From assembly GCA_001938485.1 (NCBI GenBank), contig MQRK01187068.1:36489-93501 (forward strand): a DNA stretch of 57,013 nucleotides, given 5' to 3'. The position numbers and the translations under genes are program-made. Under the pieces are notes generated by a model. The model made no database searches and was not told the DNA's origin. It worked only from the letters and a program-made list of their open reading frames with translations. Positions 24,375 through 38,340 of this stretch are shown piece by piece; within the stretch, counting starts at the first letter, position 1, and each line of letters begins with the position of its first letter. The DNA comes from Girardia tigrina (Eukaryota).

Positions 24375-25289
24375 CCCGTTGACAACCGGGCTTAAGGCTT
24401 ATAACTTGTGAACGAAGAAGAATTTTTAATGCGGCTTTTTTCTTTATTAACTTTTCTAGTCCAACTCTATTCAATTTATTGCATCAGAACAAAACTGTAG
24501 CATGTGGAACAGTGAGAAAATATCGTAAAGGATTGCCAAAATTCACTGGAAAATCACGAAAAGGAGATGTTCAATGGTTTTCGTCTACAGGTCTTCTAGC
24601 AACGAAATGGAAAGACAAACGAGATGGCTACATGTTATCGACTGTAAATAGTGCAAATTTGTTGAACAGTGGAAAAATTGATAGAATAAACGGAACAGAA
24701 ATTATGAAGCCCGCTCTAGTCATGGAATATTCGCAAAAAATGGGAGCTGTTGATGAAACTGACATGCAGATATCATTCTCTGCTTCAATGAGGAAAACTT
24801 TGAAGTGGTATAAAATACTTCAGAGATATGGTCCTTCAGAGAGAAATAGAGTTCTAATTCTCTTCTTCTAATGCTCCTACATCTTTGAGATTAGTTGCTC
24901 GTCACTTTCCCGACAATGTTCCACAAGATCCAAAGAGTAGAGAACGAAGTAGAAGAAATTGTCTTGTTTGTAGTGCGATACAAATTCGACAACGAAGTTA
25001 TTTCATGTGCCTTGACTGTAAGGTTGCATTATGCGTACCAAATTGTTTCAGAATTTACCACACTAAGCTTCATTTTGATGTAGATGAGTGATAAAAACCA
25101 ATTCTAATCAGTCAATTATAATAATACTGTAATAGTCATTGAAAACTCTTGTTTGTAGCTCAAAAAACTCATTTTTGTAACTCTTACGTAATAAATATTT
25201 CTAAATCTTTTTAAAAATTTTTTTCATGCTGAATTACCTTTGTTACGTCTAAAACTTCAATAAAATTTAAGCTTTCGGTAGTCAACGGG
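24375..25289 (+). mobile_element. piggyBac internal-deletion derivative (transposase C-terminus + Cys-rich domain)
   Basis: TTAA on both flanks; TIR CCCGTTGAC(A/T)ACC; ACGTVRK, KWKDKR, YSQKMGAVD, KWYK, and C-terminal CxxC...CxxC...LC...CF..YH. Confidence 0.92.
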
Positions 25290-25499
25290 TTAAAATATAT
25301 GTTAAAGTAGACAAGTCTTATTATAGCTTTAAAATGAACAATTACTAGAATCTTTCTTTGAATTGTACTTTAGAATTTTCTGAGATCAAATATATTACAA
25401 GTGTTGGTATCATAAATTCTATTTCTTTCATAAACATATTTTCTTTTCTTCGGCCCAAAACAAAGTACGAACTAACTTATAAGATTTTCTAAATGTCAA

Positions 25500-26210
25500 T
25501 GAGCAGAGGAAAAATATCAGTACTTGTATTTGAATTGTGTTAAATATGGTTTGTGTTAAAAAAATAACAAGCTCGTTCGAAGTAATATGTTACATTATAT
25601 TGAATCTGTTTTTCATTTTTTGTATCATTTCCCTCATTATCTAACATGTCTTTGGAGAATCTCTTAGAACTAACATGTTATTCTTTAGTTATCTGTTTCT
25701 CTGTGATACTGTTTCAAAGTCTGATGGATTATTTCTGTTAAGACAAATTCATTCTACAATAACTCAATGTTAAATGAGTACCCATTTTATTAATCGTTCT
25801 TGTAGTTTATTATTTGGATACAAAATCTAAATGTTTCCTTGTTATGGATGCTAAATAAATATGACTAACAAAGAGACAATTCATCCCAACCGATTAAAAA
25901 CATCCAGTTAGATAAATTAATACAAGAAACACTATTTGTATCCTCATTGTATATCCTGAGTTTACTCTTGCTCGTCATCTACATATATTGTCTAAAAATT
26001 TGTTAGAACCTGTCAGTTGCGAGTTTGATTTTGCAGTCGTATCATCTCCTGCCATATTGTTGGATTTCAATTGAAAATAGCTCGGTTTTCAAAGGGTTAA
26101 GTAAAATTTAGTTTAAAATCAAATTTACGTTTAATAAAACATAGAAGATACGCTAGATGGCCTACACAACAACCTGAATTATGCTTATAAATTACACTAT
26201 TGTACTGGAG
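25500..26210 (-). mobile_element. Possible highly decayed Penelope-like element
   Basis: Scattered minus-strand remnants in the expected order: IYKHNSGCCVG, PTIW..DDT, LDVF, NGYS, SLL..KP.L. Confidence 0.35.
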
Positions 26211-26624
26211 GGTTAAAATTATTGACAACATATTTCTAGTTGGTGTGGCTTAAAGAAACAAAAAAATCCATTTGACTTGAATAATGTTATATATAATCTA
26301 GGAGTAACAGAGTAATTGAATAAATTATATTACTTTTAAGAATATCGTGGGAAAGCTTAAAATTTAGTTAATAAATCAGTTTTGTTTTGTTACAGATATC
26401 TTAATGTTGAGTTTTGAAATTGATTTTTTAAACTTGTTTGATGTACTTATTGTACTGGAAATAAAGATGTTTAAAATGACAAAAAATTGCCTTTTATATT
26501 ATTCAAAAATCTCGAAAATCAATGAAACAACACTAAATACAATAAATACAAATCTCTTTCCTGGTTGGGATCAATACAGAAGAATAGCCGTTTTTCGACA
26601 GTTGATTACTGACACCGTTTGTAG

Positions 26625-26766
26625 ATTTTGTGGTTCTGGGCTCCATTTTGAGTGTTGGAATGGGGACGTATCCGTGGCTGATGTTCCTACAGTACTTTAT
26701 CACAGTGTTGCTGTTCTATATGGCGCACTGGCAAGTCTACGTGACCGGTACTCTTCAGTTCGGCAA
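26625..26766 (+). CDS. cept1: cept1 exon 3
   Basis: FVVLGSILSVGMGTYPWLMF...FYMAHWQVYVTGTLQFG; TAG| acceptor, AA|GTGAG donor; phases consistent with neighbours. Confidence 0.93.
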
Positions 26767-26869
26767 GTGAGCTCTCTCATTTTATATTTAGTTTACATGT
26801 TTTTATTTTAATAATTCAAATAAATTGAAATATAATTTATCAAGTAAGTAAAGGTCAAATAAAAAATAT

Positions 26870-27700
26870 TTTCATATGGTAAGTCTTGTCTTACTTTTCG
26901 TTTCAGAACATTGATAAAGTGTTCAAAAACTCTTCTCATTTAAAATTAATTTATAAATTATTCTTATGAACAATCTTCACTCTCAATGAGATCTACTCCA
27001 TTTGAACCTTTATGTTAAATCCAAAACAATCTGAAATTCCATCAATGTAAAACAAATAACGTTCAGTCATCAGTTGTGTTTTGCGGTCGCCAAATATTGT
27101 AATTCATGAGGATCGCGATTCAGAACCACCTATTTCAAGCTAACAAAGAAAATTTTAGAAATGTTTTAGCTCAGTGTTCGTTTTTCAACTTTTGATTAAG
27201 AAGATTAGAATAAGCTAAAAATCACAGTAATTAATAAAGCCATTTAACCATTTAAATTGATGTCAGCAAAATACTGAATCGATTAAAGAAATCGTATTGT
27301 TTTGCTATTTTGGTCGATGAAACAAAATCTATCTGGAACAATGATTATGGTAAAGAAAAAATAATAAATTTACTTCTCTATTATTTGAGAACAAAATTTA
27401 ATGGAACAAAGTATTCATAAAATATGCGAGGCCAAAGATATGACGGCATCGAGTATTAAATTGTAATTTTAGTACAATTTCTATTTACTGTACAGCTGAA
27501 AGACTGAGATTACCAGTTTGAAATAGTTCTGAAATACCTCATTTCAGAAATATAATGAGACTTTCTTTAATACATCTCGAAGAAGAGTCACATTCAATCT
27601 GACAATTGAAAAAGTTCGTTGAAAATGACAGATGAAAAGGTGAAATTATTTTGACAAGATTAATAAAAACAGACATGAAACTGTTCTATCATCGTTAATA
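26870..27700 (+). mobile_element. Decayed hAT transposase (ZMYM1/PRKRIR-like)
   Basis: FAILVDET at ~27301 and RGQRYDG at ~27427; many indels. Confidence 0.55.
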
Positions 27701-28679
27701 TGTCATTTTCTTCAACTGTCATCCTTTTATAATACTTATACGTACGGGGAAACTTTAAACATTTTGGTATCAGAGGTATTATTTTTACAATTTTATAAAA
27801 GTTAAAGAGTTCTCCTAGATTTTGTATGATTTCATTTTGAGTTTTATTTATAATTATTCTTTTATTGGCATTGAGTTAAACGATAGAATAAATTAAATAA
27901 ATATTTTAATTATTTAATATTTATTATTTTACTACTATATATAATTTCATTTTTGCTCTGTCTTAAATGTTTATCAATTGTAAATAAGCATATGTTGGCT
28001 TTTAATGCTATAATTATACCTTCCGAGATAAGTGCTTGTAATGAAATATAATGAATAGCTGATACATAGACAATTTACTCATTTCAAAGACAAAATATCA
28101 ATCAATGATACTCATCTATTTTTTAAGTGAAAATTATTTAAGAAATATGAATAAATATCAAAAAATATTTTAGATTTTTTAAAAAAATGTGTGAAATCAT
28201 GTGTTATACATTGACAAATTAATCCGAAAAACCCAGTGTTATGGTATGAGGAATTTTGGAGGAATATTCGAAATGTTGTTTTTTATATCATGCTTCTGAC
28301 TGATGTCTTTTTCAGCCATATTAGTTGATTAATTTTGTGAATATTCTAACTACAGTGCGGTACAGAAAATATTTTTAGGTTCCAGCACTTAATTGATTCC
28401 TATTTTCTTTTTGATGCGTTTCTAACAGTTCCAGGGATTGAGATATTCATGTTTGCTTCTTACTAGTTTTATGATGCATTGATTTACAGGTCTGTTTATC
28501 TTTTTGCATGCATAATAATTTTTAGAATTTTTTGGGATGATTTTGTTTTTTCTTGCACTTTACACGTGGTAAGCTATTGTTTTAAATATTAATATGGCAA
28601 AAAAGTTTTTTCCGTTACTCCTCTGTATTTCTAATTTCTAAATAAAACAAATATAAAACAACAAATATATATTTCTACA

Positions 28680-29370
28680 CAACAGTATATTCACCATTAC
28701 AACAAATAACATTTTCAGCACGTGTAAAAAGTTTATCAAATTCATGTGAAAGTTTTTCTCGTGAGAGATTCCTCATAATATCACTGACCGCTTGTAAGAC
28801 CTTCCTCAATTGTAAATGATGTTGTTCTTAGTGATCATTTTAAAAATTTGAATAGCCATTTGTCACAATGATTTATATCAGGCGAATATGGAGCTTGTTT
28901 AATCAATTCAACATGTTTTTTTCTGAAAAAACTCCGTGGTAAACTTGGATGAATGTGGTCGAGCATTATCATGCAGCCAAAGAATTTCTCGCATATTCAC
29001 TCGCCGTCTGTCTTTACTAAACTCCGTAAGACTATTTTGAATGAATTCTGTATATCTTTCAGAATTGATAGCCTCACCAAATTTTGTTACTTCGATGTGA
29101 AACTTACCATCAGCTGTGAATGCCAAAATAAGCATTGTTCTTCGTCCAAATTTTTGTTTTGAACAGCACGTGGTCGAGAATCATCTCCACTTGCCCAGAC
29201 TCGTAAGTCGGATATCCATAATGTAGGGGAAAATGATATTCACGTTTCATCAACTGTTATCCATCGTTTCATCAAGTATTCTTTCCCATATTGTTGCACA
29301 AGTTGCAAAAAATTTCTTGAGGATTCAATACGTTGTCGTTTGTGATCATCAGTCAGTTGATCAGGCACCC
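28680..29370 (-). mobile_element. mariner DD34D catalytic-domain fragment
   Basis: VPDQLT, WITVDET, LAFTADGK, WLHDNARPH, PYSPDINHCD; related to the 48847-50171 family. Confidence 0.85.
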
Positions 29371-29462
29371 GGTTCCACGACAAAACACCACGAACAAAAA
29401 CGCCGCGGACAAAACGCCGCGAACAAAAACGCCGCGTGTTAAAGACGCCGCATGACAAAAAA
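29371..29462 (+). mobile_element. Terminus of a MULE/foldback-like element with tandem subterminal repeats
   Basis: GGTTCCACG followed by ~5 copies of a ~15-bp CAAAACGCCGCG unit; truncates the mariner at its WVP motif. Confidence 0.5.
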
Positions 29463-29932
29463 AAGTGATTCATCCAATTTTACTAAAATATTTGAAGGCA
29501 AGGAATGAAGTATTGATCTTCTTACTATATAAGCAGCATCAGTTGATTAGAATTCAGAACTGATGATGCCATAAAGAAGAAATATGTTTTTTTCAATAAA
29601 TAAAAATTAAGAATGGCGTTATTGTCTTTTATTTTTTTATGTGAATATTAAAGATTTAAATATTTTAGAAATTAATTATAAATGTACTAAAAGCCATCAA
29701 GTTTACAACTCCAACACAGATAGATAAAGATTATATGAAAGAATAGATCATAAATACATTTTTTTACTTAATTTCAATTTTATAATGAAATTTTAAAATA
29801 TATATATTTGAATTCAAAATTTAAAGGTAACATTGTAAATAATTATTTTTATCAATAAATATTTTAATTAATAATTAAATAAAAAAATCTTTAAAAATAT
29901 AAGATTTAATGTAATTATTTATTCAAATGCAG

Positions 29933-30017
29933 AGTCGATGTGACAGAAACTCAGGCCTGTGTAATTATGGTGTATATTTTATCTGCCATTTTCGGTGTCC
30001 AAGTCTGGGATATTTAT
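29933..30017 (+). CDS. cept1: cept1 exon 4
   Basis: (K)VDVTETQACVIMVYILSAIFGVQVWDIY; CAG| acceptor, |GTGGGT donor. Confidence 0.9.
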
Positions 30018-30236
30018 GTGGGTGCCTTTATTTTATGTTTATTACCAGTATATTTATTTTTTATGATATTGATTGTATTAAACTACCTAATCTTTGACTT
30101 TTAATATAACTTTTAAAGGATCACTACAATTTTGATAAGATAAACAATATTAATATTAACAGAAAATAGAAGAGAAATAGATCTGAAAAAATTAGTTTTC
30201 TTTAATGTGAATCAAAGTTCAATTTGCTAAAAACGA

Positions 30237-30431
30237 ACAAATAAATTATTATCTTGTTCAAAATTTTTAATATAGAATCTCTGAAAAAAGTCAAGTAAAA
30301 CAATAAAATTTTGATAATTCATTCTTTATGTCAATCGGAATATGTTATATTACAATGTTTAATAATTAATAACCGAAAATGATAATCTCTGTTTCCATTT
30401 GGAAAACCGATTAATTATCTTAGTGGGTTTA
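30237..30431 (+). repeat. 195-bp segment duplicated at 31944-32138
   Basis: Near-identical direct copy 1.7 kb downstream. Confidence 0.93.
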
Positions 30432-31787
30432 ATTACTACACGCGCTAACTTTACGGTTAATGTATTCCTTCAATTGACGAAAGATGGGTTTGAGAGACAA
30501 TCCACAAACGGGAATTAAATATACTGACAAAAGATTGTTTCACGCCTCTTATTCGAAAAATAATTTACCACGATTAAACTATTTGAACACAATATATAAA
30601 AAGACTAAATTCAGATTTTTTGTGTATGAAAAAGTTACTGTTATGAAAAAATAAATAACGAATATTTTTTTTTATTATTTCAAAAGTAAATATCATAATT
30701 GAATACATTGTAATCTACTTGGTGCGTTAACAACATCGTCCATCATCTCAGACCATCAATAGACATATGCCAGTTACTTATACTGAGTGAACACGCAGTA
30801 CCAACTATTGGCATGGATTATAATTTTGTGTGCACATTGTTTTAATTGCTCGCGTGCCATTTGTTGCCTCTGGTGTAACTAACTTAGCACAATTTTGATG
30901 TCATTAATTTTACTGATACATGTGGAGCACCTCTGTATTTGGTCCTTACAGTTTCCTTTCATTGTAAGATTTTATGAAGTATTCTATTTTCTTTCAATAT
31001 AGTGCAATTAGAGGTAAACACGTTCAATAATATTTCCACAAATTTTTATCAATTCAAACTTAGGATTTTAACGTCTTTATTTAAAGTACATAAAAAGTAA
31101 AAATCTTTTAAAGTCAATTCAAAAGATCAGTTTCGAAAAAAAAACGATGCAGTTCTGAAGTGAAAACGTCAAGGGAACATTCTCTTTTATCCATCGAAAG
31201 TAGTTCCGTAGAAAGTCTCTAAAATAGTTTGAATTCTGATATTTGGGTCAATGACAATTTTTTTAATTTATGTCAACATATTTAATTTAATCCCTTTTTC
31301 AAATTCATATTTTTATCAATTAAATTTAAAATATTTAAATTTTTCAAAAATATTGTTAAGTCATATTTATCAGATGTATAATGCAAATCGATACATACAA
31401 AATGACACGAATGACAACAATTTTTTAATATATAATAAATAAATTATATAATAGGATGAATTCATCAAATAAAAACTCTAAATTACTGGTAATATTAATT
31501 AAATCGTTTTCATTAAGTACTTTAATGAAATATTTCATCGAATAGATTAGGTAAACAAGTTTAAGAGATCAATAAATGTCCGGAGATGATGATTATTTGA
31601 GCCAATATGCATATCAAAGACTCATTATATAGTTAAAAAACCTTAGTTATTTGTTGCAATTTCCTAAATCTTTCAACAGTCGTACCATGAAGCAGAATAA
31701 TAATACCAATCAATTAGGAGAATTCAAAATATATTTGAGTGAATAAATAACGACAGAAACATCTTGACTTTTTAAACAGAAACTGTA

Positions 31788-32696
31788 GCCTGAAATCTCG
31801 TTATAAGCCTCTACTAGTTACTAAGCCCGAGGCTTAGTAAATAATTTCGGTCATCATAATATTTATAATTTCTTTACTAAGCCGCTACCTGAATTTTTAT
31901 CTAAAATTTTTATCGCAGTGGTACTTTGATGGCTAACTTTGGTACAAATAAATTATTATCTTGTTCAAAATTTTTAATATAGAATCTCTGAAAAAAGTCA
32001 AGTAAAACAATAAAATTTTGATAATTCATTCTTTATGTCAATCGGAATATGTTATATTACAATTTTTAATAATTAATAACCGAAAATGATAATCCTTGTT
32101 TCCATTTGGAAAACCGATTAATTATCTTAGTGGGTTTATCTTAGTGGTACTTTGATGGAGGTCTAACTAAAAAAACTACAAGTCTTAGATATCAGTGTCA
32201 ATAAATCGTTCAAATCACGTCTTCGAAGCAGGTGGGAAATTGGTTCATAAACAATTACAAAAATTATACAAAATCTGGAAATTTAAAGCGTGTATCATAC
32301 GAAGAAATTACAAAATGGATTTCAGAAGCATGGAATGAAGTTCCAGTCTCAACAATTACAAGTGGTTTCAAAACGACAACAATCAAATTCTACGGTGATG
32401 ATGAAGAAGAAATTGATCAAGTCTCCGAAGGAGACCCAGATGATAACGATGATGACATGAAAACTAATGATGAAGAAATTCGTGATCAACTCATTGACAT
32501 TTTAACGGATGAGAGAAACTTTGGAAGTGATGAAAAAGATGATGATAAAGATCAGATTTAAGTTTTTATATTAAAATAAAAAAATTTTTAATTAACTTTT
32601 CTAATTTCTTTACTAAGCATCTATTTTTTACTAAGCAAAGCTGAAAAAAAACTTTTTTTCTCTACTAAGCCTAAGGCTTATAACGAGATTTCAGGG
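31788..32696 (+). mobile_element. pogo-like deletion derivative
   Basis: TA-flanked TIR CCTGAAATCTCGTTATAAGCCT; GGLTKKLQVLDISVNKSFK, WISEAW, acidic C-terminal tail. Confidence 0.88.
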
Positions 32697-33080
32697 TAAT
32701 AAAACCATTAATTTTCCTTGGGACAATATTTCTCCTAATCCAATATCGTAAATTCATTTTTGACAACTCGAAAGTGTTAATTCATTTTTAAATATTATTC
32801 TTCTTCAATGAATGATAATGTTTAATTTTCTTTTTTTTTAATTTTTGACCCTTACTCTATTTTTATTCTCTATAAAACCGGGTTAACGTCAAATACATGC
32901 ATTTAGGGGTAATTGAAATAAGGATATTATTTTTTTTAATTTCGACTTAGTTTAAAAAGAGTTCCTATTTCAATGCTTATTAAAAATAACTTTTCTACAC
33001 AACGAATCGTAAATTGTATTATACTTCGAACGATATTTGTCCAATTTGATAATGATATGAGTGCACTTCCATTGATTCAG

Positions 33081-33212
33081 ATTCCGGTGTTGAATATTGA
33101 GGGAAAGATGTTCCATTTCATTGTGATGCTGATTGGGGCCATCTATATCTGCTGGAGATTCATTAGGATAATCTTGGCAGGCGGTTCAGGTAGACACGGT
33201 GCTACTATTGCC
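33081..33212 (+). CDS. cept1: cept1 exon 5
   Basis: IPVLNIEGK...IILAGGSGRHGATIA; CAG| acceptor and |GTTAGT donor. Confidence 0.93.
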
Positions 33213-33262
33213 GTTAGTGTCATTATAATTGCCTCATTGATATAATGGCAATTGTTGTTTAG

Positions 33263-33421
33263 AACACATCAATTCTGTTCCCGGTTTGTCCTATTGCTCT
33301 CGTCGTCGGGCTAGCAGTTACTGTTGCCATTAAATCTCCCAACCACATTTATCAACAAAATCCGTGTCTGTTCCTCATCAGTTTTGGGATGGTCGCTTGT
33401 AAAGTGACTCACAAATTAGTT
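33263..33421 (+). CDS. cept1: cept1 exon 6 (after a 50-bp intron)
   Basis: NTSILFP...NPCLFLISFGMVACKVTHKLV; TAG| acceptor and |GTAAGT donor. Confidence 0.93.
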
Positions 33422-33829
33422 GTAAGTTATTTAAATATTTTTTTGCAGTCTACTCTTAAATAATGATTTTTTATTATTTAATTCGTTTATTAAAATATTT
33501 CTTTATATTTTAATTTTTTTCTGGTTCCGATTACTAACGATGTCACTCAAATGAATATGGGAATTCATAATGTGCTTATTTAAGTTAATATTTAATGATT
33601 CCCTTATCTAAAAAGCGATACAAAATCGAATCTTGATTAATTTTACAATTTTAATATTCAAGAAAACCGTGACAGCTCTTATTTCAGACTTTGAGGGCCT
33701 TAGAATCCCAGGGTTAGAATGTTTGTCCAGAAATTGCGCAATAGACTTTAATGGTTTCGGATTAATATTTAACCTTTACAATGGCCGGTGTTCTAATTTT
33801 TGAATAAAAATAATTCATTCTTAAATTCA

Positions 33830-34445
33830 ATAATTGACTCATGTAATTTAAAATTTTATAATTTTATTGTTTTATTACTTGTGTTATTTTCAAGATTAAT
33901 TAAAAGTTCAAAACTAAATTCGAAAGTTTAAAATTAAACTTCTAGCGCAGATTTCTGATGAATCTTTCTGTCAATTGAAATATCGAAGTGGAAGCAAAAA
34001 ACCTTAGATCAATCCCAAATTGATGGGATTAGCAAGGCGTTATATGTTATAAATTTCGTACGCCTAGGAAAACTTTATTCTATGAATTATTTTTCCCATT
34101 TAGACCAACTGGAAGTAAATATTGATGAAGAATGCTGAGAACTTGTCAACAAAAAATAGGATCTTCCACCATAACAACGTAAAATAACTTGTATCTTTGA
34201 AGGCTCGATAAAAAATGAGAGAGATTAATTGGGAACTTCTTATTTATTCTTCATATTCACTTGATATTGAACCATTAGATTTTTATTTGTTCATATCTTT
34301 CCAAAATCAGCTAAACGATAATGATTTTCATCTTCGTCAAGATTTGTTTCTTGAAAAAATAGTAAGTTCTTGGGGAATGGAATTCTAAAATTATCTACAA
34401 GATGGTAAATAGTTGTAAATCAAACTGAACAATACATCGTACAAT
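33830..34445 (+). mobile_element. Highly decayed mariner
   Basis: HHNN, WELL..YSLDIEPLDFYLF, GILKL..RW remnants. Confidence 0.65.
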
Positions 34446-34742
34446 GGCATTAAGTGAGTCCTGATTTCAACTCCAAAAAAGGTTTTCCACTAATCTTTTG
34501 CCACTCAATTGAATTATGTTTGTCCTCTAGCAAAGAAAGGGTCAAAGGAAACTCATCCTGAGTAATAATGTTCGATATGAAATTGTTAGGTTCGTGGTGT
34601 TTTTCTGATCCGAATTCAGATAAAGACATTTTTGAAACTTTTATTTTAAGAACAACAATATACATATCATTTAAACAAGTTTCGCCGAAGTTAATTTCTA
34701 GGAAACGATTTTTCATTTACTTGCACAAGCAGATGATTTCAA

Positions 34743-34749
<7 letters not shown>

Positions 34750-34777
<28 letters not shown>

Positions 34778-34844
34778 NNNNNNNNNNNNNNNNNNNNNNN
34801 NNNNNNNNNNNNNNNNNNNNNNNNNNNNNNNNNNNNNNNNNNNN

Positions 34845-34890
<46 letters not shown>
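34750..34890. repeat. (TA)n microsatellite spanning a gap
   Basis: TA runs flanking Ns. Confidence 0.9.
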
Positions 34891-34893
<3 letters not shown>

Positions 34894-35321
34894 AATTTCT
34901 TTAATTCGAAATTTTGCATGGTATTTAATTTATAAAACTTTTTAATATAAAACTATTTAATTTATAAAAAATAAACTCTTTTCGAATATCTTTACATCTT
35001 TAACTTGTATTTAATTTTATATTTATTCTGTTTTTTTAATATTGTATTTTCTTTTGAATGAAAATTTTATTAAACATCTTTAATTTTTAATATTTAATAT
35101 GATATTTATTTTCTCTTAATATTGTTGTAGTGTCCAACATCAAACAAAATTTTTGTAAATATTTTTTTATTTATCCGAATTTGTTAACCTTTTATAATAA
35201 AATTCTCAATTAAAACAGAAATAATGCATTGGGATTCCATGATCCTATTGTTCCACTATATGTAAACTAAGTCAAAAAAGGTGAGTTATACATCTATTCA
35301 GCGGTCGGATACTGTTTTAAC

Positions 35322-37406
35322 GTGGCACGTTAAAACACAACAAAACTTCGAAAAAAACATCGAAATAAACGTCGATTAAAAAGCTATTAATTTTTCGTTA
35401 AAATAATATATTGGGTTAGCCAAAAAGTCATTGCGTTTTTTACTAAAATATTTATTATCAAAAATTGACATGGATGCACAAATATTTTTACACGATATAC
35501 TGTCCATTATTTTCAATCACTTTCTTCCACCTTTCCGGTAGCTTCATTATTCCTGATTCATAAAAACCTTTGCCTTTGTCAGCAAAAAAGCCGTCTAGGA
35601 ACGATTTGATGTCATCATCACTGGCGAATGTTTTTCTGTTTAAGGAATTCTGCAGTGATCTAAATAAGTAAAAATCCGATGGGGCCAAGTCTGGAGAATA
35701 CGTTGGGTGCGGCAAAACCTCCCAACCCAGTGATAAGAGTTTCTGGCGAGTGGTCAAACTTGTATGCGGTCTTGCATTATCATACTGAATTACAACTCCT
35801 TTTCGATTTGCCAATTCAGGACGTTCCTGTTGAATTGAATGAACCAATTTCTCCAGCTGACCACAATATCTGTCTGAATTGATGGTTTCATTCCTCGGAA
35901 GGAGTTCAAAAAACACAATTCCTTTAAAATCCCACTAGACGGAAAGCATAACTTTCTTTTGGGATCGTTTTGGCAGGCTCACCATGTTTTGTCCATAATC
36001 ATCGGTGTTCCACATTGTTGTAAACAATCCATTTTTCGTCACCCGTAATCAAGCGCTTCAAAAATGGATCACTTTGTTCTCGCTTCAAAAGGGAATCCCA
36101 AATGTCTATACGTTTCACCAAATGAATTTCTTTCAGTTCATGTGGTAACCACATATCGAGTTTACTGGAGAATCCAAGTTTCTTTAAATGACTTCCAACA
36201 CTTGATTTTGATATTTCCAGAGTCTCTGCAACTTCTCTTGTCGTCATATGTGGATTAGATTTGATCAGTGCTGTTATTTTGTCGCCNNNNNNNNNNNNNN
36301 NNNNNNNNNNNNNNNNNNNNNNNNNNNNNNNNNNNNNNNNNNNNNNNNNNNNNNNNNNNNNNNNNNNNNNNNNNNNNNNNNNNNNNNNNNNNNNNNNNNN
36401 NNNNNNNNNNNNNNNNNNNNNNNNNNNNNNNNNNNNNNNNNNNNNNNNNNNNNNNNNNNNNNNNNNNNNNNNNNNNNNNNNNNNNNNNNNNNNNNNNNNN
36501 NNNNNNNNNNNNNNNNNNNNNNNNNNNNNNNNNNNNNNNNNNNNNNNNNNNNNNNNNNNNNNNNNNNNNNNNNNNNNNNNNNNNNNNNNNNNNNNNNNNN
36601 NNNNNNNNNNNNNNNNNNNNNNNNNNNNNNNNNNNNNNNNNNNNNNNNNNNNNNNNNNNNNNNNNNNNNNNNNNNNNNNNNNNNNNNNNNNNNNNNNNNN
36701 NNNNNNNNNNNNNNNNNNNNNNNNNNNNNNNNNNNNNNNNNTGAAAATTAAGGTTTCAGAATATATAATTGAATTTAAATTTTATCACATCGTTTTATAT
36801 TTTCAAGCTTTTTATTAGGACGTACTCAAAAACGCAATGACTTTTTGGCAAACCCAATATTTCTTCTCCTAATATTTTCACCATTCGTCAACATAAGGAA
36901 TTTTTGAAAACACGATCTTTCTTCAAAGTTAAATTTCTGCAGAAAAATTTTTTAAGTGTTGGATTCAAATTACCAAATATATTTCTGAATGAATTGTGCC
37001 ATCCTTCAATGGCATTATTAGTTCTTGGAATATCATTAAAAAGACGTGTTCTTGCATGCCATAAATACAATGGAAAACTGATCCTACTGAAAATTTCATC
37101 AAGTTCGGTTTCCATATAATATTCATGAAAATATGATTAAATTTCTGAAAGGCAATTCGGGAAAGACTCACCTGATTTGAAAAAGTTGAAAACATTTCTA
37201 ATAAGTTGTTCGGAGATTAAATTTCGAAAATAGTTTTCATTTTCGGTGATCAAAAAAAATAATTTAAGTATATTTAGAAATTTCATTAATTTATTTATTC
37301 ATTCATTCACTTGAGCATTATTATTTATTAATACCTCATTTCATTTAATGTTTTATTAAAACTTTTTTTCAGTGTTTTAACGTTTCGACGTTTTAACGTG
37401 GTACCC
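35322..37406 (-). mobile_element. MULE (Mutator-like) remnant interrupted by mariner
   Basis: PRTNNAIEGWHNSF...NPT at 36888-37115; CACGTTAAAAC / GTTTTAACGTG inverted ends. Confidence 0.65.
35411..36857 (-). mobile_element. mariner DD34D, mellifera-like
   Basis: TA-flanked TIR TTGGGTT(A/T)GCCAAAAAGTCATTGCGTTTT; WLPHEL, TGDEKWI, DNARPH, YSPDLAPSD; N gap over the 5' part. Confidence 0.95.
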
Positions 37407-38340
37407 TGTTTTTCATGTAACAAACCCGTTCATGAATGTGAACTCGGTTTAAACAGTAACAACAATTGTATTTGACTTATAAAAGTTTATTCAATTCTGT
37501 TTAACTATTCTTGAAATCTTATATTTAATTTGTTTTCAAATCTATTTAATTTACAATTTTTTACTTTAAATTTTATCTAAAAATATTTATTTTTAAATAG
37601 TATTAATTATGCAATTTGATTTGTAACTTTTAACATTTTATCGTCTTTACTTATTTTACAAGAAATTTCTATTTTATACTTTAATATTAATTTTAAATGT
37701 TTTGTTCGCTTTAATTCAAAAATGAAAGAGTTTCCCAAAATCCTCACATAAATTATAACAATAACGATCAAAAAGTTCTACGTTTGGAGTGATACATTGT
37801 ACACGTCGCTCTAGCGTTTCTGGAGTATGAAATTTTGGCACAAGTCGAGGACACAATTTCCGATAAATCTAATTGGAAATCACCTTGTGATATGAACCAA
37901 CAGAAATACAAGAATTATCACCCAACACGGAAACTTTAATACGCCTGCGCTAACGAATTAATGACTCACATTAGAAAACTTTTCTCTCTAAAATCTCCAT
38001 TGGCCTACCAACATTTAAACAGTACAGGTGCATGGATTATCTCCCTTTTTAAATTCTGAGATCCGTTTTTATATTATTGATCTCGAAGGAGGCAACTGTC
38101 TTTCAAAGTGTATGTTGTATCACAAAATATTTACTCATTGTTCTCATTCAACAATTAATAAAATTTTCTCACACTTCAATATTCTACAGTGCCTAATTTC
38201 CTATAATGCAAATAGAAAATAAAAACAAACATATCCATTTTATGAAATAAATTGTTCGTTAAAATAACTAATTGGAATGGTGTCATCAATACAGCCAGAT
38301 CAAGGAACTATTACTTCGCCTTCGAATATAGTTCAAGGTA

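Noticed and set aside
26404-26811. 135-aa ORF as an independent gene
   Set aside because: It is an alternative frame overlapping cept1 exon 3.
36248-36818. Long ORFs of X residues (also 7401-7703, 12011-12299, 19415-19624)
   Set aside because: Artefacts of N gaps and TA microsatellites.
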